A stretch of DNA of 64,000 nt from Escherichia coli (GTDB lineage Bacteria; Pseudomonadota; Gammaproteobacteria; Enterobacterales; Enterobacteriaceae): NCBI RefSeq assembly GCF_030013595.1, contig NZ_CP122768.1, one strand, 5' to 3'. A program made the position numbers and the translations under genes. Position 1 is the first letter of the stretch; each line of letters opens with the position of its first letter. The notes below the pieces were generated by a model that saw nothing but the letters and a program-made list of their open reading frames with translations, had not been told where the DNA came from and made no database searches. This document shows, in pieces, positions 16,691 to 31,471 of the stretch.

Positions 16691-17481
16691 TCGGTCGACT
16701 GCTTCGCGGCGGTTTTATGACCGCTATCTACGCGTACCTGTATATTCCAATCATTATTTTGATTGTGAACTCTTTCAACAGCTCGCGCTTTGGCATCAAC
16801 TGGCAGGGTTTTACCACTAAATGGTATAGCCTGCTGATGAACAACGACAGTCTGTTGCAGGCAGCTCAGCATTCATTGACGATGGCGGTGTTTTCAGCGA
16901 CGTTTGCTACGCTTATCGGTTCACTGACGGCAGTTGCGCTGTACCGTTATCGCTTTCGCGGTAAACCGTTCGTTAGCGGAATGCTGTTCGTGGTGATGAT
17001 GTCGCCAGATATTGTGATGGCGATTTCTCTGCTGGTGCTGTTTATGCTGCTGGGTATTCAGCTTGGCTTCTGGTCGCTGCTGTTCTCGCATATCACCTTC
17101 TGCCTGCCGTTTGTGGTGGTGACGGTGTATTCGCGCCTGAAAGGTTTTGACGTGCGAATGCTGGAAGCGGCGAAAGATCTCGGTGCCAGCGAATTTACCA
17201 TTCTGCGAAAAATCATTCTGCCACTGGCAATGCCAGCGGTAGCGGCGGGCTGGGTGTTAAGCTTTACCCTGTCGATGGACGATGTAGTAGTTTCTTCGTT
17301 CGTCACCGGACCAAGCTATGAAATTCTGCCGTTAAAAATTTATTCGATGGTCAAAGTCGGCGTATCGCCGGAAGTTAACGCGCTGGCAACCATATTACTG
17401 GTGCTGTCGCTGGTGATGGTAATTGCCAGCCAGCTTATTGCTCGTGATAAAACGAAAGGTAACACAGGGGACGTTAAATGA
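16687..17481 (+). CDS. potC: spermidine/putrescine ABC transporter permease PotC
   Basis: 264-aa ORF recognised as PotC; overlaps potD start as in K-12. Confidence 0.95.
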   Translation: MIGRLLRGGFMTAIYAYLYIPIIILIVNSFNSSRFGINWQGFTTKWYSLLMNNDSLLQAAQHSLTMAVFSATFATLIGSLTAVALYRYRFRGKPFVSGMLFVVMMSPDIVMAISLLVLFMLLGIQLGFWSLLFSHITFCLPFVVVTVYSRLKGFDVRMLEAAKDLGASEFTILRKIILPLAMPAVAAGWVLSFTLSMDDVVVSSFVTGPSYEILPLKIYSMVKVGVSPEVNALATILLVLSLVMVIASQLIARDKTKGNTGDVK

Positions 17482-18524
17482 AAAAATGGTCACGCCACCT
17501 GCTCGCGGCGGGTGCTCTGGCACTGGGCATGAGCGCCGCTCACGCCGATGACAACAACACGCTGTATTTCTACAACTGGACCGAGTACGTGCCGCCAGGA
17601 CTGCTTGAACAGTTCACCAAAGAAACCGGTATTAAGGTTATCTATTCGACTTACGAGTCGAACGAAACCATGTACGCGAAGCTGAAAACGTACAAAGACG
17701 GTGCCTATGACCTGGTGGTTCCTTCAACCTATTACGTCGATAAAATGCGTAAAGAAGGGATGATCCAGAAGATCGACAAGTCGAAGTTAAGCAATTTCAG
17801 CAACCTCGATCCAGACATGCTCAACAAGCCGTTTGACCCGAATAACGACTATTCCATTCCGTATATCTGGGGTGCGACGGCGATTGGCGTTAACGGTGAT
17901 GCGGTAGATCCGAAATCCGTTACCAGCTGGGCCGATCTGTGGAAGCCTGAGTACAAAGGCAGCCTGCTGCTGACCGACGATGCCCGTGAAGTGTTCCAGA
18001 TGGCGCTGCGCAAACTGGGCTACTCCGGTAACACTACCGATCCGAAAGAGATTGAAGCTGCATATAACGAGCTAAAAAAACTGATGCCAAACGTAGCAGC
18101 GTTTAACTCCGATAACCCGGCTAACCCGTACATGGAAGGCGAAGTTAACCTCGGCATGATCTGGAACGGTTCTGCTTTCGTTGCACGCCAGGCGGGTACG
18201 CCTATTGACGTGGTGTGGCCGAAAGAAGGCGGTATTTTCTGGATGGACAGCCTGGCGATCCCAGCAAATGCCAAAAACAAAGAAGGCGCGCTGAAATTGA
18301 TCAACTTCCTGCTGCGCCCAGATGTGGCAAAACAGGTTGCAGAAACTATCGGTTATCCAACGCCAAACCTTGCGGCGCGTAAGCTGTTAAGTCCGGAAGT
18401 GGCGAACGATAAAACGCTCTACCCGGATGCTGAAACCATTAAAAATGGTGAATGGCAGAATGACGTTGGCGCAGCCAGCAGCATTTATGAAGAGTATTAT
18501 CAGAAGCTGAAAGCAGGACGTTAA
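17478..18524 (+). CDS. potD: spermidine/putrescine-binding periplasmic protein PotD
   Basis: 348-aa ORF with signal peptide, recognised as PotD. Confidence 0.95.
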   Translation: MKKWSRHLLAAGALALGMSAAHADDNNTLYFYNWTEYVPPGLLEQFTKETGIKVIYSTYESNETMYAKLKTYKDGAYDLVVPSTYYVDKMRKEGMIQKIDKSKLSNFSNLDPDMLNKPFDPNNDYSIPYIWGATAIGVNGDAVDPKSVTSWADLWKPEYKGSLLLTDDAREVFQMALRKLGYSGNTTDPKEIEAAYNELKKLMPNVAAFNSDNPANPYMEGEVNLGMIWNGSAFVARQAGTPIDVVWPKEGGIFWMDSLAIPANAKNKEGALKLINFLLRPDVAKQVAETIGYPTPNLAARKLLSPEVANDKTLYPDAETIKNGEWQNDVGAASSIYEEYYQKLKAGR

Positions 18525-18533
18525 TTCAGCAAG

Positions 18534-18562
18534 CGGGCGGTGGTATTACCGCCCGTTTTTTA
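18534..18562 (+). terminator. intrinsic terminator after potD
   Basis: CGGGCGGT/ACCGCCCG hairpin followed by TTTTTTATTT. Confidence 0.75.
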
Positions 18563-18581
18563 TTTAGCAAGGATGTGGCTA

Positions 18582-19043
18582 ATGAGTCAGGACAGTAGAG
18601 TTTTCTTTCATATATTCCTCGGTATCGGTCTGGTACTGATCCTCATTTCTGTTGTTGTCTTTTATAACCAGTTCACCTATAGCAAAGATGCGATTCATAC
18701 TGAAGGCGTCATTGTTGATACCGTCTGGCACTCCAGTCATTCTCATCGCACGGGTAAAAATGGTTCGTGGTATCCCGTCGTTGCCTTTCGACCGACGCCT
18801 GATTACACGCTAATTTTCAATTCGAGTATTGGCAGCGATTTTTATGAAGACAGCGAAGGCGATAAAGTTAATGTTTATTATTCTCCAGGACATCCTGAAA
18901 AGGCTGAGATAAATAACCCGTGGGTTAATTTTTTTAAATGGGGGTTTATCGGCATTATGGGCGTTATTTTTATCTCCGTCGGTTTATTAATCAGTATGCC
19001 CTCCTCTAAAAAGACACGCAGGAAACGGAAGTCCCGCCCATGA
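18582..19043 (+). CDS. ymfA: inner membrane protein YmfA
   Basis: ORF 18540-19043; start set at MSQDSRVFF to match the 153-aa K-12 protein. Confidence 0.8.
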   Translation: MSQDSRVFFHIFLGIGLVLILISVVVFYNQFTYSKDAIHTEGVIVDTVWHSSHSHRTGKNGSWYPVVAFRPTPDYTLIFNSSIGSDFYEDSEGDKVNVYYSPGHPEKAEINNPWVNFFKWGFIGIMGVIFISVGLLISMPSSKKTRRKRKSRP

Positions 19044-19825
19044 AAAAAATCATAATATTGCTCAGTTTACTGATACTCCTGCCTCTGACGGCAACCAGTA
19101 ATCCATTGATTCCAATAATGAAGACTCTTTTTACAGATGTTACAGGTACTGTACCGGATGCTGAAGAGATCGCGCATAAAGCCGAGCTTTTTCGCCAACA
19201 AACCGGGATTGCGCCGTTTATCGTGGTTGTACCTGGCGTTAATGAAGCAAGCTTCAGGCAAAATGGCAAAGCGATGCTGGCGCATGCGTCATCTTCATTG
19301 AGTGATGTAAAAGGCAGCGTCCTGTTACTTTTTACCACCCGCGAGCCACGGTTAATTATGATAACCAACGGCCAGGTTGAAAGCGGTCTGGACGATAAAC
19401 ATCTCGGCCTTCTGGTAGAAAATCACACTCAGGCTTATTTACATGCGGACCTCTGGTATCAGGGAATCAATAATGCATTGGCTGTTTTACAAGCACAGAT
19501 ATTAAAACAACCGACGCCGCCACTGACATATTATCCGCATCCCGGACAACAGCAGGAGAATGATCCTCCCGGCAGTACCACGATATTAGGTCTTTTTGCC
19601 TGGGCAGTTGCATTCATCGTCTTTACTGCATTTTTTTACTACACGACGCGCCTTAATTATGCATTAAAGTTTGCAGTGGCGATGACTATTGCCAATATGG
19701 GTTATCAGGCTTTATGTTTGTACATCGATAATAGCTTGGCGATTACCAGAATATCGCCGCTCTGGGCAGGGCTGATTGGTGTCTGTACGTTTATTGCCGC
19801 GTTGTTATTGACGAGTAAACGGTAA
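19040..19825 (+). CDS. ycfZ: inner membrane protein YcfZ
   Basis: 261-aa ORF overlapping the ymfA stop; K-12 synteny. Confidence 0.85.
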   Translation: MKKIIILLSLLILLPLTATSNPLIPIMKTLFTDVTGTVPDAEEIAHKAELFRQQTGIAPFIVVVPGVNEASFRQNGKAMLAHASSSLSDVKGSVLLLFTTREPRLIMITNGQVESGLDDKHLGLLVENHTQAYLHADLWYQGINNALAVLQAQILKQPTPPLTYYPHPGQQQENDPPGSTTILGLFAWAVAFIVFTAFFYYTTRLNYALKFAVAMTIANMGYQALCLYIDNSLAITRISPLWAGLIGVCTFIAALLLTSKR

Positions 19826-19852
19826 AAGAGGCAGTAAAGTGTGCGTTTATTA

Positions 19853-19950
19853 TGCCGGATGCGGCGCGAACGCCTTATCTGGCCCACAAAACCCGCAAAT
19901 TCAATTAATTGCGTCCCCTTGTAGGCCTGATAAGCGTAGCACATCAGGCA
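19853..19950. repeat. REP elements (pair)
   Basis: GCCGGATGCGGCG…CGCCTTATC and GTAGGCCTGATAAGCGTAGC…CATCAGGC REP consensus sequences. Confidence 0.8.
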
Positions 19951-19962
19951 ATGCTTCCTGCT

Positions 19963-20784
19963 TTATAAGCCCTTCAGCAACTTTTCAACAAACTCTGGCA
20001 CCACCTGGCTTGCCGGGCCGTAATATTTCTCGGCAAATTCATTACCGACCTGGCTTGGTTCAAGATTCAGTTCCACGGTGTGTGCGCCATGCAGTTTCGC
20101 TTCGTGAACAAACCCAGCCGCCGGATAAACATGCCCTGATGTACCAATGGCAATGAAAATATCGGCCATTGACAACGCCATATAAATTTCATCCATGCCG
20201 AGTGGCATTTCGCCAAACCAAACGACGTGCGGGCGCAAGGGTGCCGGGAACTGGCAACAATGGCATTTATCTTCTGGCGTAACGTCTTCGGTCCAGTCGA
20301 GAACCTGACCACTTTGCGAACAACGAACTTTTAGCAGTTCCCCATGCATATGAATGACATTGGTATTACCTGCGCGTTCATGCAGGTTGTCTATATTCTG
20401 CGTTACCAGCAAAAAGCGATCGCCGAGGGCGTCTTGCAGTTTAGCCAGCGCAAGATGCGCGGCGTTAGGCTGAATTTCTGGCTGCTGCAGCTGTCGGCGA
20501 CGGGCGTTATAAAACGCTTGCACCAGTTCAGGATCGCGATCGAAACCTTCCGGCGTTGCCACATCTTCAACCCGATGTTCTTCCCACAGGCCATCTGCGG
20601 CGCGAAAGGTACGAATACCTGATTCCGCAGAAATACCTGCCCCTGTCAGTACGAGTACTCTTGGTTTTTCCATTGCTTCCGGCACCACTTTATCTCTGAA
20701 AAAAATACGCTGACGCAAACGCTCGCGCAGACGGCGTTTATTTTTACGAAAACGACTTAACCGATGACCCCGACGCGACAGCAT
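19963..20784 (-). CDS. cobB: NAD-dependent protein deacylase (sirtuin) CobB
   Basis: 273-aa ORF recognised as CobB (GAGIS…FR… motifs); K-12 synteny. Confidence 0.9.
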   Translation of the reverse strand: MLSRRGHRLSRFRKNKRRLRERLRQRIFFRDKVVPEAMEKPRVLVLTGAGISAESGIRTFRAADGLWEEHRVEDVATPEGFDRDPELVQAFYNARRRQLQQPEIQPNAAHLALAKLQDALGDRFLLVTQNIDNLHERAGNTNVIHMHGELLKVRCSQSGQVLDWTEDVTPEDKCHCCQFPAPLRPHVVWFGEMPLGMDEIYMALSMADIFIAIGTSGHVYPAAGFVHEAKLHGAHTVELNLEPSQVGNEFAEKYYGPASQVVPEFVEKLLKGL

Positions 20785-20799
20785 AGCAACCTCTGTTGT

Positions 20800-21711
20800 T
20801 TAATCGGTTAGATGTAGGAAGGCCGCACCACGCATTCCTCCCGCATCACCGTGGCGCGCGCGTTCAATGCGCGGAACACGAGCTACAGGTAAGAGATGAC
20901 GAGGCAGCCTGTCCGCCAGTTGCGTTGTGATTGCCGGGAAATTCGATAAGCCACCACCAATGACGACCAGGTCAGGGTCAACAATGGTCAGGATATTTCC
21001 CAGACAAACCGCTAATAAATCCAGATAACGCTCAACGTGCGCCCTTGCCTGCTCATCACCTTGATCATAAAGCGCAATAATTTCGGGAGCCTGCAACGGT
21101 TGATGATAATAGTGTTGATACAGCCACGCAAAACCGCGACCAGACAGATAATTTTCAATGCAGCCATGCTGACCACAGCCGCAGCGGCGTAACGGGAAAT
21201 CCAGCCCCATCATGGTTAACGCATCAACCGGCAGACGCATATGGCCAAACTCGCCGGTAATATAGCTTTTACCGGTAATTGGTTTACCGTTGAAAATCAG
21301 CCCGCCGCCAACGCCGGTGCCGAGAATCAACCCCATCACCAGTGGATATTGAGTAAATTCATCATCCCAGGCTTCTGAAAGGGCAAAACAGTTGGCATCG
21401 TTATCAAGGCGGACATCGCGATCAAGACGTGCGCTCAGGTCGGCACGCAGCGGTTTACCGCTGGCAGCGGGGACATTGGCGGCATACAGCGTACCATCTT
21501 CTGTTTCCGGCATTCCCGGAATACCGATGCCGACAGAGCCTTTACAGCCAAAACGTTGGTCAGCTTCAGCTACCAGCTCACACACTGCATCTAAAAATGC
21601 GTCATAGCTGTCACGCGGTGTCGGCACCCGCTTTTCCCACTGCAACTGCCGACCGCTATCAAACACGCCAAGCGCAATTTTTGTTCCACCAATATCAAAC
21701 CCGTAATACAT
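20800..21711 (-). CDS. nagK: N-acetyl-D-glucosamine kinase NagK
   Basis: ORF to 21771; start set at [11 protein letters not shown] (ROK-family motif), 303 aa. Confidence 0.9.
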
Positions 21712-21739
21712 TGCCGCTCCTTGTTTTAATGTACTGCCT

Positions 21740-24988
<3,249 letters not shown>

Positions 24989-25137
24989 TCAATCGGCTAA
25001 AGGGCCTCATTTTCTCATCGGCCTTGTAGCCTGATCTTTATCTGAAAAATAACCAAATACAGACAGATACGCATTACACCACGCGACTGGCCCCTCAGGA
25101 TCAACAGCATGTTAAATAAAAAGAGCGTGTTGTCCTG

Positions 25138-26211
25138 ATGAAACAAAAAGAGCTATGGATTAACCAGATCAAAGGGTTATGTATTTGTCTGGTGGTGATT
25201 TATCACTCGGTTATTACCTTTTATCCGCATCTGACCACTTTCCAGCATCAGTTATCGGAAGTCCTGAGCAAATGCTGGATCTATTTCAATCTTTACCTTG
25301 CACCCTTTCGTATGCCGGTTTTTTTCTTTATATCCGGCTATTTGATTCGCCGCTATATCGACAGCGTACCGTGGGGAAATTGTCTCGATAAACGGATCTG
25401 GAACATCTTCTGGGTGCTGGCGCTTTGGGGCGTGGTGCAGTGGCTGGCGTTAAGTGCGCTGAACCAGTGGCTGGCACCTGAGCGCGATTTAAGCAATGCC
25501 TCCAATGCCGCTTATGCCGATTCCACCGGTGAGTTCCTGCACGGGATGATCACCGCCAGCACCAGCTTGTGGTATCTGTATGCGTTAATTGTCTATTTCG
25601 TGGTATGTAAAATTTTTAGCCGTCTGGCGCTGCCACTATTCGCCTTGTTTGTACTGCTGAGTGTGGCGGTTAATTTCGTTCCCACGCCGTGGTGGGGATT
25701 GAACAGTGTGATCCGCAATTTGCCTTATTACAGCCTTGGCGCATGGTTTGGCGCAACATTAATGACCTGTGTTAAAGAGGTGCCGTTGCGCCGCCATCTG
25801 CTGATGGCTTCTTTGCTGGCTGTTCTGGCGGTCGGTGCCTGGTTGTTTACTATCTCGCTGCTGTTGTCGCTGGTATCGATTGTGGTGATCATGAAACTGT
25901 TTTATCAGTACGAGCAACGTTTCGGTATGCGCTCCACCAGCCTGCTGAATGTGATTGGCTCCAACACCATTGCTATCTACACCACCCATCGCATTCTGGT
26001 AGAAATATTCAGCTTAACTCTGCTTGCGCAAATGAACGCGGCACACTGGTCGCCGCAAGTCGAACTGACACTCCTGCTGGTTTATCCCTTTGTCAGTTTG
26101 TTCATCTGTACTGTTGCGGGCTTGCTGGTAAGAAAACTTTCACAGCGTGCATTCAGCGATCTGTTGTTCTCCCCGCCTTCACTGCCCGCTGCCGTCAGTT
26201 ACTCCCGCTAA
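25138..26211 (+). CDS. ycfT: inner membrane acyltransferase-family protein YcfT
   Basis: 357-aa polytopic membrane ORF; K-12 synteny. Confidence 0.85.
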   Translation: MKQKELWINQIKGLCICLVVIYHSVITFYPHLTTFQHQLSEVLSKCWIYFNLYLAPFRMPVFFFISGYLIRRYIDSVPWGNCLDKRIWNIFWVLALWGVVQWLALSALNQWLAPERDLSNASNAAYADSTGEFLHGMITASTSLWYLYALIVYFVVCKIFSRLALPLFALFVLLSVAVNFVPTPWWGLNSVIRNLPYYSLGAWFGATLMTCVKEVPLRRHLLMASLLAVLAVGAWLFTISLLLSLVSIVVIMKLFYQYEQRFGMRSTSLLNVIGSNTIAIYTTHRILVEIFSLTLLAQMNAAHWSPQVELTLLLVYPFVSLFICTVAGLLVRKLSQRAFSDLLFSPPSLPAAVSYSR

Positions 26212-26338
26212 GCCATCGCCCCAGCCGGGGCGATTCAATTTGCTAAACCATGTCGATTACGGATAATGAACAGCATTGCTTATCAGAGATATGCCCCCAT
26301 ATGTTGAGGCATATCCTAACGAGAATCTGACAACCGTT

Positions 26339-29300
26339 ATGCCTGAACAATATCGTTATACGCTGCCCGTCAAAGCGGGTGAGCAGCGTCTGCTGGGCGA
26401 GTTAACCGGCGCTGCCTGCGCGACGCTGGTAGCGGAAATTGCCGAACGTCACGCCGGTCCGGTGGTACTCATTGCACCAGATATGCAAAATGCTCTGCGT
26501 TTGCATGATGAAATCAGCCAGTTTACCGATCAAATGGTGATGAATCTGGCGGACTGGGAAACTCTTCCCTACGACAGTTTTTCGCCTCATCAGGACATTA
26601 TCTCCTCGCGCCTTTCCACCCTTTACCAGCTACCGACGATGCAGCGTGGCGTACTGATTGTTCCGGTGAATACGCTTATGCAGCGCGTTTGCCCGCACAG
26701 TTTTCTCCACGGTCATGCGCTGGTGATGAAAAAAGGTCAGCGCCTGTCACGAGATGCATTACGAACCCAACTGGACAGCGCCGGTTATCGCCATGTTGAC
26801 CAGGTGATGGAGCACGGCGAATACGCCACGCGCGGCGCGTTGCTGGATCTCTTCCCGATGGGGAGTGAGCTGCCTTATCGTCTTGATTTCTTTGATGATG
26901 AAATCGACAGCCTGCGGGTGTTTGACGTCGATAGCCAGCGCACGCTGGAGGAAGTAGAAGAGATCAATCTGCTGCCCGCGCACGAATTTCCGACCGATAA
27001 AGCGGCAATTGAACTGTTCCGCAGCCAGTGGCGTGATACCTTCGAAGTGAAGCGCGATCCAGAACATATTTATCAGCAAGTGAGTAAAGGCACATTACCT
27101 GCCGGGATCGAGTACTGGCAGCCATTGTTCTTCAGCGAACCACTGCCGCCGCTGTTCAGTTATTTCCCTGCCAATACCTTGCTGGTGAATACTGGCGATC
27201 TGGAAAACAGTGCCGAACGTTTCCAGGCTGACACGCTGGCGCGTTTTGAGAATCGCGGCGTCGATCCGATGCGTCCACTGTTGCCACCACAATCGCTCTG
27301 GCTGCGGGTAGACGAGCTCTTTTCAGAGCTGAAAAACTGGCCGCGTGTGCAGCTAAAAACTGAACATTTACCGACAAAAGCCGCGAATGCCAATTTAGGT
27401 TTCCAGAAACTGCCAGACCTGGCCGTTCAGGCACAACAAAAAGCGCCGCTGGATGCGCTACGTAAGTTCCTCGAGACTTTCGACGGTCCGGTGGTGTTCT
27501 CGGTAGAAAGTGAAGGTCGCCGTGAAGCGCTGGGTGAACTGCTCGCACGAATTAAAATTGCTCCGCAACGCATTATGCGTCTTGATGAAGCCAGCGACCG
27601 TGGGCGTTATCTGATGATTGGCGCTGCCGAACATGGTTTTGTCGATAAGGTGCGTAACCTGGCGCTGATTTGCGAAAGCGATCTGCTCGGTGAACGTGTT
27701 GCCCGCCGTCGTCAGGATTCTCGCCGCACCATCAACCCCGATACACTGATCCGCAACCTCGCGGAGCTGCATATTGGCCAGCCGGTGGTCCATCTGGAGC
27801 ACGGCGTCGGTCGCTATGCCGGAATGACCACGCTGGAAGCGGGCGGCATTACTGGCGAGTATTTGATGCTCACCTATGCCAACGACGCCAAACTGTATGT
27901 TCCGGTGTCGTCACTGCATCTGATTAGCCGTTACGCCGGTGGCGCGGAAGAAAACGCCCCGCTGCATAAACTTGGCGGCGATGCGTGGTCACGCGCGCGG
28001 CAGAAAGCGGCGGAAAAAGTGCGTGATGTGGCGGCAGAATTGCTGGATATCTACGCGCAACGCGCCGCCAAAGAGGGCTACGCGTTTAAACACGATCGTG
28101 AGCAGTATCAGTTGTTCTGCGACAGCTTCCCGTTTGAAACCACGCCGGATCAGGCGCAGGCCATTAATGCGGTGCTTAGCGACATGTGTCAGCCGCTGGC
28201 AATGGATCGTCTGGTGTGTGGCGATGTTGGCTTTGGGAAAACTGAAGTCGCGATGCGCGCCGCTTTCCTGGCAGTAGATAACCACAAGCAGGTGGCGGTG
28301 CTGGTGCCTACCACCCTTCTCGCGCAGCAGCATTACGACAACTTCCGCGACCGTTTCGCCAACTGGCCAGTACGCATCGAAATGATCTCCCGTTTCCGCA
28401 GTGCCAAAGAACAGACGCAAATCCTTGCGGAAGTGGCGGAAGGGAAAATCGATATTCTGATCGGTACGCACAAACTGCTGCAAAATGACGTCAAGTTTAA
28501 AGATTTAGGCCTGCTGATTGTCGATGAAGAACACCGCTTCGGGGTACGTCATAAAGAGCGCATTAAAGCGATGCGTGCGAACGTGGATATTCTGACGCTT
28601 ACCGCTACGCCGATCCCACGTACGCTGAATATGGCGATGAGCGGAATGCGCGATCTGTCGATTATTGCCACGCCGCCCGCCCGTCGTCTGGCGGTCAAAA
28701 CGTTTGTCCGCGAGTATGACAGTCTGGTGGTCCGGGAGGCGATCCTGCGTGAAATTTTGCGCGGAGGACAGGTTTATTATCTCTACAATGATGTGGAAAA
28801 CATTCAGAAAGCCGCCGAACGGCTGGCAGAACTGGTGCCAGAAGCGCGGATCGCCATCGGTCACGGGCAGATGCGCGAGCGCGAACTGGAGCGGGTGATG
28901 AATGATTTCCATCATCAACGTTTCAACGTGCTGGTTTGTACAACCATTATCGAAACCGGGATCGACATCCCGACAGCCAACACCATTATTATTGAACGCG
29001 CGGATCACTTCGGTCTGGCGCAGCTGCACCAGTTGCGCGGTCGCGTCGGGCGTTCGCATCATCAGGCATATGCATGGTTGCTGACACCGCATCCAAAAGC
29101 GATGACTACCGATGCACAAAAACGTCTTGAAGCGATTGCCTCGCTGGAAGATCTCGGGGCAGGTTTTGCGCTGGCAACGCACGATCTGGAGATTCGCGGC
29201 GCGGGTGAATTGCTTGGCGAAGAACAAAGCGGCTCAATGGAAACTATCGGTTTCTCGCTGTATATGGAGTTGCTGGAAAACGCCGTCGATGCGCTGAAAG

Positions 29301-29785
29301 CCGGACGCGAGCCGTCGCTGGAAGATCTCACCAGTCAACAAACAGAAGTCGAGCTGCGGATGCCGTCGCTGTTGCCGGATGATTTCATTCCTGACGTGAA
29401 TACGCGTTTGTCGTTCTATAAACGTATTGCCAGCGCCAAAACGGAAAACGAACTGGAAGAGATCAAAGTTGAGCTTATCGATCGCTTCGGCCTGCTGCCG
29501 GATCCGGCGCGTACCCTGCTGGATATTGCCCGTCTGCGCCAGCAAGCGCAGAAACTGGGGATCAGGAAGCTGGAAGGTAATGAGAAAGGCGGCGTGATCG
29601 AATTTGCCGAGAAGAATCACGTTAATCCGGCATGGCTGATTGGTTTGCTGCAAAAACAGCCGCAGCATTACCGCCTTGATGGTCCGACGCGCCTGAAGTT
29701 TATTCAGGATTTGAGTGAGCGGAAAACGCGTATCGAATGGGTACGCCAGTTTATGCGTGAACTGGAAGAGAACGCCATCGCTTGA
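26339..29785 (+). CDS. mfd: transcription-repair coupling factor Mfd
   Basis: ORF 26276-29785; start set at MPEQYRYTLP (1148 aa); helicase motifs GDVGFGKTEVA and DEEHRFG. Confidence 0.95.
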   Translation: MPEQYRYTLPVKAGEQRLLGELTGAACATLVAEIAERHAGPVVLIAPDMQNALRLHDEISQFTDQMVMNLADWETLPYDSFSPHQDIISSRLSTLYQLPTMQRGVLIVPVNTLMQRVCPHSFLHGHALVMKKGQRLSRDALRTQLDSAGYRHVDQVMEHGEYATRGALLDLFPMGSELPYRLDFFDDEIDSLRVFDVDSQRTLEEVEEINLLPAHEFPTDKAAIELFRSQWRDTFEVKRDPEHIYQQVSKGTLPAGIEYWQPLFFSEPLPPLFSYFPANTLLVNTGDLENSAERFQADTLARFENRGVDPMRPLLPPQSLWLRVDELFSELKNWPRVQLKTEHLPTKAANANLGFQKLPDLAVQAQQKAPLDALRKFLETFDGPVVFSVESEGRREALGELLARIKIAPQRIMRLDEASDRGRYLMIGAAEHGFVDKVRNLALICESDLLGERVARRRQDSRRTINPDTLIRNLAELHIGQPVVHLEHGVGRYAGMTTLEAGGITGEYLMLTYANDAKLYVPVSSLHLISRYAGGAEENAPLHKLGGDAWSRARQKAAEKVRDVAAELLDIYAQRAAKEGYAFKHDREQYQLFCDSFPFETTPDQAQAINAVLSDMCQPLAMDRLVCGDVGFGKTEVAMRAAFLAVDNHKQVAVLVPTTLLAQQHYDNFRDRFANWPVRIEMISRFRSAKEQTQILAEVAEGKIDILIGTHKLLQNDVKFKDLGLLIVDEEHRFGVRHKERIKAMRANVDILTLTATPIPRTLNMAMSGMRDLSIIATPPARRLAVKTFVREYDSLVVREAILREILRGGQVYYLYNDVENIQKAAERLAELVPEARIAIGHGQMRERELERVMNDFHHQRFNVLVCTTIIETGIDIPTANTIIIERADHFGLAQLHQLRGRVGRSHHQAYAWLLTPHPKAMTTDAQKRLEAIASLEDLGAGFALATHDLEIRGAGELLGEEQSGSMETIGFSLYMELLENAVDALKAGREPSLEDLTSQQTEVELRMPSLLPDDFIPDVNTRLSFYKRIASAKTENELEEIKVELIDRFGLLPDPARTLLDIARLRQQAQKLGIRKLEGNEKGGVIEFAEKNHVNPAWLIGLLQKQPQHYRLDGPTRLKFIQDLSERKTRIEWVRQFMRELEENAIA

Positions 29786-29926
29786 TGGTTAGATTGGGGG
29801 CGTTTCTGCGCCCCCATCTGCAACATTTACAAATTCTTTGCACTTCCCTGCACTATCCGACACTGTCACCATCCATAATTCAGGCTTATCTGTTTATTAC
29901 AATAACCTTATATTTATTATGGATTT

Positions 29927-30892
29927 TTGGTGATGATCAAAACGCGTTTTTCTCGCTGGCTAACGTTTTTTACGTTCGCCGCTGCCGTGGCGCTGGCGCT
30001 ACCGGCAAAAGCCAACACCTGGCCGCTGCCGCCAGCGGGCAGTCGTCTGGTTGGCGAAAACAAATTTCATGTGGTGGAAAATGACGGTGGTTCTCTGGAA
30101 GCCATCGCCAAAAAATATAATGTCGGCTTTCTCGCTCTGTTACAGGCTAACCCCGGCGTTGATCCTTACGTGCCGCGCGCGGGTAGCGTGTTAACGATCC
30201 CGTTGCAAACCCTACTTCCAGATGCGCCGCGCGAAGGCATTGTGATCAATATTGCGGAACTGCGTCTCTATTACTACCCGCCGGGTAAAAATTCGGTAAC
30301 CGTGTATCCCATCGGCATTGGTCAGTTGGGTGGTGACACGCTGACGCCAACGATGGTGACTACCGTTTCGGACAAGCGTGCAAACCCAACCTGGACGCCA
30401 ACAGCGAATATTCGCGCCCGTTATAAAGCTCAGGGGATTGAGCTACCTGCAGTGGTTCCGGCAGGACCGGATAACCCAATGGGGCATCATGCGATTCGTC
30501 TGGCGGCCTATGGTGGCGTTTATTTGCTTCACGGTACGAACGCCGATTTCGGCATCGGCATGCGGGTAAGTTCTGGCTGTATTCGTCTGCGTGATGACGA
30601 TATCAAAACACTCTTTAGCCAGGTCACCCCAGGCACCAAAGTGAATATCATCAACACTCCGATAAAAGTCTCTGCCGAACCAAACGGTGCGCGTCTGGTT
30701 GAAGTACATCAGCCGCTGTCAGAGAAGATTGATGACGATCCGCAGCTGCTGCCAATTACGCTGAATAGCGCAATGCAATCATTTAAAGATGCAGCACAAA
30801 CTGACGCTGAAGTGATGCAACATGTGATGGATGTCCGTTCCGGGATGCCGGTGGATGTCCGCCGTCATCAAGTGAGCCCACAAACTCTGTAA
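29927..30892 (+). CDS. ldtC: L,D-transpeptidase LdtC (YcfS)
   Basis: 321-aa ORF with signal peptide, LysM-like region and YkuD catalytic motif (…HGT…SSGCIRL…). Confidence 0.9.
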   Translation: MVMIKTRFSRWLTFFTFAAAVALALPAKANTWPLPPAGSRLVGENKFHVVENDGGSLEAIAKKYNVGFLALLQANPGVDPYVPRAGSVLTIPLQTLLPDAPREGIVINIAELRLYYYPPGKNSVTVYPIGIGQLGGDTLTPTMVTTVSDKRANPTWTPTANIRARYKAQGIELPAVVPAGPDNPMGHHAIRLAAYGGVYLLHGTNADFGIGMRVSSGCIRLRDDDIKTLFSQVTPGTKVNIINTPIKVSAEPNGARLVEVHQPLSEKIDDDPQLLPITLNSAMQSFKDAAQTDAEVMQHVMDVRSGMPVDVRRHQVSPQTL

Positions 30893-30973
30893 ATCCTGGA
30901 TAAAAAAATCCCCGCGACACGGCATGTCGCGGGGAAAAAATCAGCAGTAGCAGGCATTAATGAGGGTTAATGC

Positions 30974-31231
30974 TTATTTATAAATTACTGCTGTTCCATG
31001 GAGGGTATTTGGACCGGTTACAGAAGTAATACGGAATGATTTTGCGCCCATCTCATCCGCTTTTTGCGCCAGCTGCTCTTCCAGCGATCCCAGATTTGTC
31101 CCCGCGTTAGCACTGATAGTACCGACTTTTTGTTGGCCTTCTGGCGTTGACTGAACTTCGACAGCCGCAAAGCTGGCAAATGACATGGAGCTTAAAATCG
31201 CCGCAGCGATGAGGGTTTTTACGTTTTTCAT
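30974..31231 (-). CDS. bhsA: multiple stress resistance protein BhsA (YcfR)
   Basis: 85-aa ORF with signal peptide; K-12 synteny. Confidence 0.85.
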   Translation of the reverse strand: MKNVKTLIAAAILSSMSFASFAAVEVQSTPEGQQKVGTISANAGTNLGSLEEQLAQKADEMGAKSFRITSVTGPNTLHGTAVIYK

Positions 31232-31471
31232 AATAGTGGCCTTATGCAGATGAATGACGTCGCAAGCAATTACTTAACGATCGATAACTAAATGATAGAT
31301 GTGATCTGGATCACATACAAGATATTTTTTATAACAATCATTAATTAATTTAAAAATCTTTAAATTTCAGTTAAATAGAAAGCAATTATTTTTATGGTTT
31401 GTGGACTGGTGAACGGAGGTGATTATTTTTATAATAACCTTTCAATCACAGTCACCAGGTACAACGGCATC

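Noticed and set aside
16543-16872. 109-aa minus-strand ORF
   Set aside because: It spans the potB-remnant/potC junction antisense to potC and has no ribosome-binding site.
28505-29227. 240-aa minus-strand ORF
   Set aside because: Entirely inside mfd on the opposite strand.
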